NCBI RefSeq assembly: GCF_009914755.1
Contig: NC_060933.1
DNA: 64,000 bases
Direction: 5' to 3' (one strand)
From: the human T2T-CHM13v2.0 reference genome, Homo sapiens
Part shown: piece after piece, positions 56,310-64,000 of the stretch
Numbering within the stretch: the stretch's first letter is position 1
Layout of the letters: every line of letters begins with the position of its first letter
The notes under the pieces: model-generated
What the model was told of the DNA's origin: nothing
The model's input: the letters and a program-made list of their open reading frames with translations, nothing else
Databases searched by the model: none
Position numbers and translations under genes: made by a program

Positions 56310-58230
56310 AGGGAAATCTTTTTTTTTAAAGATCCATTTGTGTTGCTATGAAAGTAATCTAAGCCATTTCTTTGAACTCATGCCTGATATTTTATGGTAT
56401 TTTATGATGTGGCTTTACTGATTTTTACCTACTCATTCTTCCAGGCATGGTTGTCAAAGTTATTTTCCATCTCTCCCCTGACTCCCCAGCACTCGCTCCA
56501 TAAAAAGAAATATAGCAATGAACATCCCCAGGAATGTCCTCTGATAAAACTATATGAGAATTCCTTGTGTTATATACCCTGGAGAAAGACTGCTGCTGTG
56601 TGCATATGGATTGAGGCTAAATATTGACAGTTTGTCCTCTAGGATGGCTGCCTTCTGGGTGGTCCACCATGGAAATGGTGGCCATGATATTCCCCATTGC
56701 TGCTAATCTAGTTTTTTTCACACAGTTTTAGATTTTTGGCTAGTGCAAATGTCATTTTCTCTGGGTCCAAAATATCATTTGCACTTCTCTAATTGCTAAC
56801 GATTTTGAACACCTCTTCATAAACTTGTTAGCTTTTGAGGCTTTCTCATCTGTAAATTGACTGTTTATATCCTGTTACCATATTTCTATTAATATTGGGG
56901 CAGCTATCTATTTCTTCCTGATTTACAAAATTTTCTTATGTATTTTAGATATTAAGCACTTGTTGACTTTAGACCTTAAACATGTACTTTTTCAATCACT
57001 CATCTATTTGTTAACATTGTCTTCTTCAACTTTAATTATCTTCTTCATTAAACAAAAATCCTTAGTTACAATATAATCAAATTTGTCAATTTTTTATGGT
57101 TTGCGCTTTTGGAATTTTAGCTTTTGCATACCTAGGTTACAAAGACATTTTTCCATATTTTCTCCTACTAACTATAGTTTTAGCCTTCATATTTAGATTT
57201 TCAATTCTTTTAGAGTCCACCTTTTGCATGTGATGTTAGGTGGGGATTCAGATATATTTTTCTCCACATGGTAAGTGTATCAGTCAGACCTATTCAGAAA
57301 AATGCATGTCATTTTTAGTGTTTACAACAAAAGAAATTTAATGCAGGGACTTCGTTACGTGAATGATGGTAGATCTGGTGAGTTAACCAGGAGATGCTGA
57401 GGCAACCCAGACCTTAGCAACAGCAAGAAGCCACTATCACTCTTAGGCTTAATAGTAAAGAACAGGAGGAGCCAATGTTACTGGAACTTGGGACTACTTG
57501 GTAGAATTGGAATTCATGAAGGAGTTTTTGGAGGGAATGGGAATGAACAAAGGGATGCCACTGCTGCCATAAATGTCATCAAATGCATGAAAAGTAGGAG
57601 AGAGTACCCTGGATTATTTCTTCCTCTTTCTCTGCAGTCTTCTCCATTGCCTCCCGTTGGCCTCACTGGATGAAGGGCAGGTGACAAGAGAGACTAGGAA
57701 TGTAGCCTGCAGCCTGCAGCCTGCAGCCTGTGATATAAAGCAGAGGAGGGCAAGAACTGTATTTGGGGTCAAACAGGTCCAGGGTCAGCACAGTGGGCTG
57801 ATATTTCCCAACATCATCTGCTAGAAACTACTCTTTCCCATTGATGTATGGTGTCACCTTTGTTATATATTAAGCCTTCAAATGTACATGAAGTCTATTT
57901 AGAATCTATCTGTAAATATAGACTAGATTCTAAATAGACTTCATGTACATTTAAAGACTTAATATGTAGACTCTAAATTAGAGTCTATTTCTAAACTCTC
58001 TATTCTGTTTGATTTGTCTATTTATCTGTTCTCATGCCAATTCTATTTTCTTTTAATTACTATGGCTTTATAGCATGTCGTATCTAGTAGGGGAAATCCC
58101 CTTTCTTTACTCCTCTTTTTTTAAGTCGACTTAAATATTCATGGACCTTTATTCCTCTATGTAAGTTTTTAGAATATTTCCATTTTTCAGCTCTTCTGTA
58201 TCTATTATTATTTTAAAGTTTTCCTCATGG
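56310..58230 (-). mobile_element. Ancient L1M fragments interrupted by an old LTR-like segment (~57276-57790)
   Basis: Antisense L1 motifs ('gcacttctctaattgctaacgattttgaacacctcttcat', 'ctctctattctgttt'). Confidence 0.6.
57864..57987. repeat. Inverted repeat with perfect 29-bp arms (57880-57908 / 57924-57952), followed by a 10-bp-arm palindrome (57967-57987)
   Basis: AAATGTACATGAAGTCTATTTAGAATCTA and its exact reverse complement, 15-nt spacer. Confidence 0.97.
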
Positions 58231-59403
58231 AAGTCTTAGGTATGTGGCAGCAGAAGAAAAAAGAAGTATAAATAGTATACTGTCTCGGAAGTGAGAAGGG
58301 TCACTTTCACTCACATTTCTAGTCATAGTAAGGCACATAGTCACACTCAATTTCAAGAGGATGAGGAAGTGCAATGTTTCTGGTAGGAGAATTGGAAATC
58401 ATTGGTGGAAAACATTAATAGTGACCAAAGTCTGCTATTCTGGTCAGCAAATATTTAGTTCACTGACCTTCTTACATGCAAAAGACAATCATGCCACCCC
58501 AAGACAGAGAGAAAACACAACAGTTCATACAGTCTCTGGAATCAGCTAAAAGTCCAAAGTAGACTAAGTGATGCTAGGTGGCCTCTTTACTAGATCTGGA
58601 TGTGCCTTCTCTCACTCTGGTAATTTGTAAACTAAAAGGAGGGGTTTTCTATGCTCCCCTTCTCACATACCTAATATACAGAGACCACAAAACCAAAATA
58701 ACTCTTCCCATTGGAAAGGAAAAAGAGGGGAGATACATAACTAGGTGTATTCTTAATGAAATGAAAACATATATCCAACAAAAGCAATTGTACATAAATG
58801 TTCCTAGCAGCATTTTCTATAATGGCCAAACATAATGTTAATGTTTAACAAATGTTAAAAACATTATATTATGCTAAGTGAAAGGAGCCAGTCACAAAGT
58901 ACCACATATTGTATGAATCCATTTATATGAAATGTAAGGATAAATGGGTGAATTGTATGGTATGTGAATTATATTTCCATAAAGCTCTTAAGAAAACAAG
59001 CAAACAGACAAAAACAAAACAAAACAAACAATTATTGGTCTACTGCAGTTTAAATGAGACATATTTGGCTGGAGCATGAGTGATTATATCAGAGCTGAAG
59101 ACTGCCTTTCAATTGCAGGTCCTGCCTCAAGATGTAGCCACCGAGTCTCAGAAAAAGAAAAATGACCTTGAGACTTGAGACGGCATAACCTGGTGTTGAG
59201 TCTCTGTGTCATATATGCTCACTTATGGCCCCACGGACCACTGGGGTTATCTTGCCATTAAATCTCCCTGACTTCATTCACAAACCCCACCCTTAATTAT
59301 TTCCTCTGCTGGGGATAATCTTCAGTTATAAGCACATGTTATTACTATTATTATATTTTATTTTATTAGATGAGTAAGAAGTGTTTTACTGTTGAAAAAT
59401 TGG

Positions 59404-59551
59404 GGCTGAATGTGATGGCTCATGCCTGTAACCACAGCACTTCGGGAGGCCAAGGCGGGAGGATTGCTTGAAGCCAGGAGTTTGAGACAAGCCTGGGCAA
59501 CATAGCAAGACCCTGTCTCTATAAAAATAAAAAAATAAAAAAAAAGAAAGA
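59404..59551 (+). mobile_element. FLAM-type free left Alu monomer
   Basis: Monomer plus A-tail with TSD GAAAAATTGG. Confidence 0.9.
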
Positions 59552-59831
59552 GAAAAATTGGAAAATACTCAAAATGACAACAAAATTATTAAAAATCACT
59601 TACAACTCTGCACCTAGAAATAACTACAGTAAATCTTTCAGGATGTATTTCAGTCTCTGAAACGGAAAGGCTAGGAAAATGTAAGCAACCTTATGACAAA
59701 CAACACTCCCATTTTTACCCCAGTGTTCTGTATTAATCTCTCTTGTAGAACTTTCTACATTTTACTATAGTTATTTTTCAGGGATTAGTAGAACAGGAGT
59801 CAATTGACTTATGTTTTAGTTCCATCTTTGA

Positions 59832-60140
<309 letters not shown>

Positions 60141-60414
60141 CAGCTTTTTTTTTTTTTTTGTAGAAAAAGAGAGAAGAAATTGAAAATTATGACAGTGGGT
60201 TTGGAGTTTCTCCTGTAAGTGATTGGGAGCCATTGAAGGATTACAAGTAGTTGAATAAATCAAAATAGTTTTTGAGAAGGAAGTTTCCCTGGAAGAATGA
60301 TGCATGAGTGTAAGTGAATGAGAATAACATTTACAGGTATGCTATTGTACTAAACTTATTATTTATGATATTTTACTTGATCCTTTTGGTTCTATAGCAT
60401 AGGGGTAATCATCC

Positions 60415-61192
60415 TAAGGACTAGGCTCTGGTTTTTTTTTTATCTTGCCCAAATTCCTATCTAAGGAGTCTGTGGAGTCATGCCCGACAAACCATAAATT
60501 CTCATCAGATGGGTTTTATTTAACCCTATATATCGTGACTGACTTTCCAATATGACTCTGGCATAACATTATGTGACAAAGAAGGAAGTAAACATATTTT
60601 ACTTTGTTTGTTTGCCATTTTTTGAAATGGTCCTGCAAAGCTGTCCTTTGTAGGGGAAAATGTGCATCTGTAAAGAATCTCTATTAACATAGCCAGATAT
60701 TTTTATTCCAGGCCCTCCCAATCCTGAAGAGATTAAGTAAGACTCTAGCACCTTTTAAAGGTCTGAATAAAAAACATTTGTCATCTATTGTCTCTAAGGG
60801 CAGCTACTATATGACTTCAAAAGAACCTTGGTCTCCACAATCTTTTATCTTAACCTGAACATTTCCTTTCTTTTGATCCCAGGTCTTTAGACAAGCTCAA
60901 CCAATTGTCAATCAGAAAATGTTTAAATTTACCTGTAGCCTGGAAGCCCCGCCTCCCCTGCCCTTTGATTTGTCTGTCCCACCTTTCTGAACCAAACCAA
61001 TGTATTTCTGAAACGTATTTGATTGCTGTCTCATGCCTCCCTAAAATGTATAAAACCAAACTGCACCCTACCCACCTTGGGCACATATTCTCAGGACCTC
61101 CTGAGGGCTGTGTCATAGGCCGTGGTCACTCATATTTGGCTCAGAATAAATCTCTTCAAGTGTTTTACAGAGTTTGACTCTTTTCATCCACA
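60415..61192 (+). mobile_element. MER4E-like ERV1 solo LTR inserted in a MIR
   Basis: 'tttatcttgcccaaattcctatctaagg..' to 'ctcagaataaatctcttc..ttttcatccaca', with 4-bp TSD ATCC. Confidence 0.88.
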
Positions 61193-62479
61193 ATCCCCCA
61201 GTTAGAGATAAGAAATTTAAAACTTGGCTGGGTTAAGCAATGTGCTCAAGGACACACAGCTAATAAGTGTTATAGTAGGGAATTAAATCTAGCATGTCCA
61301 ACTAACTGGTTTCTTTCTAGGCACAGAGGTTGGCTCAAGAGGTATTTCAGCAGTCTGGGTGGGCTCTGTTCCCATTGCATAATGAGAAATTATAATAGAA
61401 TATTTAGCAAGCTGCATTGTTGAAACAGCAGATTGGTTGATGGCTGTCCCCAGGGGTTTTTCCCTATGACTCATATACAGTTGGGGAATCCTGAGGAAAG
61501 CTCAGCTTTTACTTCTTGAAATTTAAGGTCCTGACACTCTGAGGTGATTGCAGACAGAGATCTGAGTCGTTGACAACAAAGAGATTAAGGGAGGGACCTT
61601 GGGTAAATCCCTTTGTCCCTGGACCTCAGTTTTCTTAACCACAAACAATTAAATGATCTCTGAAGCTTTCTTTTGTTTTAAGACTCAAGGATAATACTGA
61701 GTGCCTAATGTAATGTGAAGTTCTATGTAGAGGCTTAATGATAGCGTTACTCATTTATAGGGATTAAACAGAATGTCCACAAAGAACTGGTTGAAAATAG
61801 GCTGCAAAAATGGTACAGAAGATATGTGTTCTTAGTTACTCAAGTTTTATGCATTCACTAGACTGTAAGATTCAGGTGGGGGTGGGCTGTATGCTTGTTC
61901 ATCCTACATCTTAGGGGCCATCACTAGTGTCTTGTAGATAGGGAGCCAAACAATTTTGTTGAAAGAAAGAACAAATAATGCAGAAAGGCTGCTTGTCCCC
62001 GAGTATTTGTTCTCCACTTCTTCCTCAATAATGCACCACCTAGAATCACCTGGATACAGAAGCCCAGAACAAACTACATTTCCCAGACTTCCTTGCAGCT
62101 AGATGTGCTCAATTCTGACCAATGGGATGGAAATAGAATTAATGTTGACTTTTTTTTTTTCCAGGAAATCTTAGAGTGAGAGGACATAATTTTCTCCTTC
62201 CAATATCTCCTTCTGGCTGACTAAGATAAAATGGATAAATGGGTAAGATATTTGGAACTTGGATCATAAAATGGAGTTACATGTTGAGAATTGCAGTGCA
62301 TTGAGAAGCATGGTGTCCAGGTTATCTGCCAATAGTCAAGCCTCTATGCAGGCTTTTAACTGTGTATGTTTACATAAGCATGAGAGACAGATATATTTCT
62401 ATTTTGTTTAAAACACTCTTATTTTTGGTTTACAAATTGTTGTAGCTGAACTTAATACACGGGAACATTTTCAAAAGAG

Positions 62480-62785
62480 GGCTGGGCACAGTGGCTCACT
62501 CCTGTAATTCCAGCATTGGGAGGCAGAGTTGGGAGGATTGTTTGAGGCCAGGAGTTTGAGGCCAACTTGGGCAACATAGTGAAATCCAGTCTCTGTAAAA
62601 GACTTAAAAATTAGCTGGGCATGGTTGCATATGCCTGTAGACCCAGCTACTTGGGAGGCTGAAGAAGAAGGATCACTTGAGCCCAAGAGGTTGAGGCTGC
62701 AGTGAGCTATTATTTCACCACTGCATGCCAGCCAGGGTGACAGAGTGAAAAAGTCTCAAAAAAAAAAAAAAAAAAAAAAAAAAAG
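62480..62785 (+). mobile_element. AluJ
   Basis: Full dimer, A-tail, TSD AAAAGAG. Confidence 0.93.
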
Positions 62786-63242
62786 AAAAGAGTACACAAC
62801 TTTCATAATTTCATAATTTTTCTTTCAAGAACAGCTAATAAAAATATTTTGAGCTTGCTTACCATAAACTTCACAATCATGTATGGTAGATTTGATTTTG
62901 GGTGATGATCAGGGAGTGCCTACCTAGTTGGCCACTAGTTAATTTTTGTATAAATACAGGGTTTGCTTGATCAACAACTTGAATATTTTATACTAAGTAT
63001 CTAAACTAATCCTTTTATTTTCACTGAAAACTGTTATATTTCCATTTTTTACATGAGGTTGTTAATATAAAACCAATTTGTTTTTGTGAATGAAGTGAGG
63101 AAAAGATCCATTTTTTTTTTGAAAAAAGAGATAGCTCATTATTCCAAACCACTTAATTTATAGCATTTATATACATATTTTTGCTGCTGATTTAAAATGT
63201 ACATTTATCAAATGTTAGCTACTTATATCAACATTTATATTT

Positions 63243-64000
63243 GAAGGACAATGACTAGGAATTTTATGAATTTCATAAAAAATATAAATTCACAGATCCA
63301 AGATACTCAATAAACCTCAAGCTGAAATAACACAAAGAAAGCCACACAAAAAACCCATATTAATTAAATTCCTGAAAACAAGTGAAGAGAAAAACCTTAA
63401 AAATAGAAAAAATATGCATAAAGAAACAAATATACAAATTAATTTCCCCTCAGAAACTATGTATTTCAGAAGAATGGAAAAACATCTTTAAAATGCTGAA
63501 AGAAATTATAAACTTAAAATTGTATATCTGACCAAAACATTATTCAAAATTAAAGGCAAAATAATTTTTTTTTTCTGGAAAAAAAAAAAACCAGAAAATT
63601 TGTGGCTAGGAGACCTGCATAACAAGAAATGTTTTTTAAAAATTTAAGTCCTTAAATGGAAGAAAAATAAGTGATGAAAACTTGGATCTACACACAAAAA
63701 TAAAAAGCTCCAGACATGGTAAATATAAAATACTTTTTTATTTGTTAAATTTATATAGTTCTTAAAAATAATTGATTGTTTAAAGCAAAAATCATACCAA
63801 TGTATTGAGAATTTTAAGCTATGTAAGAATAAATTTTATAATAAAATAACTCACAGTATATTAGGAAGTGAATACTGTTGCAAGATTTTAAATTTATATG
63901 TGAAGTGATATAATGTTAATTGAAAGTAGACTGTGATAAAATTAAGATGCATGTTATGAACCTTAGTGAACAAAGAAATAAACAAAAAAGTATAGCTTAT
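63243..64000 (+). mobile_element. Ancient L1M ORF1/inter-ORF fragment, runs off the window
   Basis: 'cacagatccaagatactcaataaacctcaagc..', 'aacatctttaaaatgctgaaagaaa'. Confidence 0.7.

Overview
Human genomic DNA (a human-specific AluYb element is present) covering the 5' half of TNFSF8 (CD30 ligand/CD153; chr9q32-33 by established gene location) on the minus strand. Coding exon 1 is 22598-22792 (65 codons: cytoplasmic tail and TM anchor). Exon 2 is 43 nt at 10547-10589. The TNF-homology exons lie left of the window. Positions 1-10546 are intron 2, 10590-22597 are intron 1, and ~23000-64000 is repeat-rich upstream DNA (Alu, L1, L2, MIR, MaLR/ERV LTRs, hAT and mariner fossils, microsatellites). 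I see no new gene or multi-gene system, and nearly all other listed ORFs are repeat-derived or chance. The most unusual structures are: (1) a chain of two nested local templated insertions (34981-35208 copied to 32658-32880, then 32845-33178 copied to 30608-30941), each taken from ~2.2-2.3 kb to the right; (2) an essentially unmutated Alu with all AluYb11 diagnostics; (3) a fold-back palindrome scar at 57864-57990; (4) four Made1/Hsmar1-TIR (SETMAR-site) elements within 26 kb around the gene; (5) a 5' leader with four uATGs and a TATA box abutting the start codon, plus a poly(A)-signal cluster just inside intron 1. Repeat family names come from recalled consensus sequences, not a database run.
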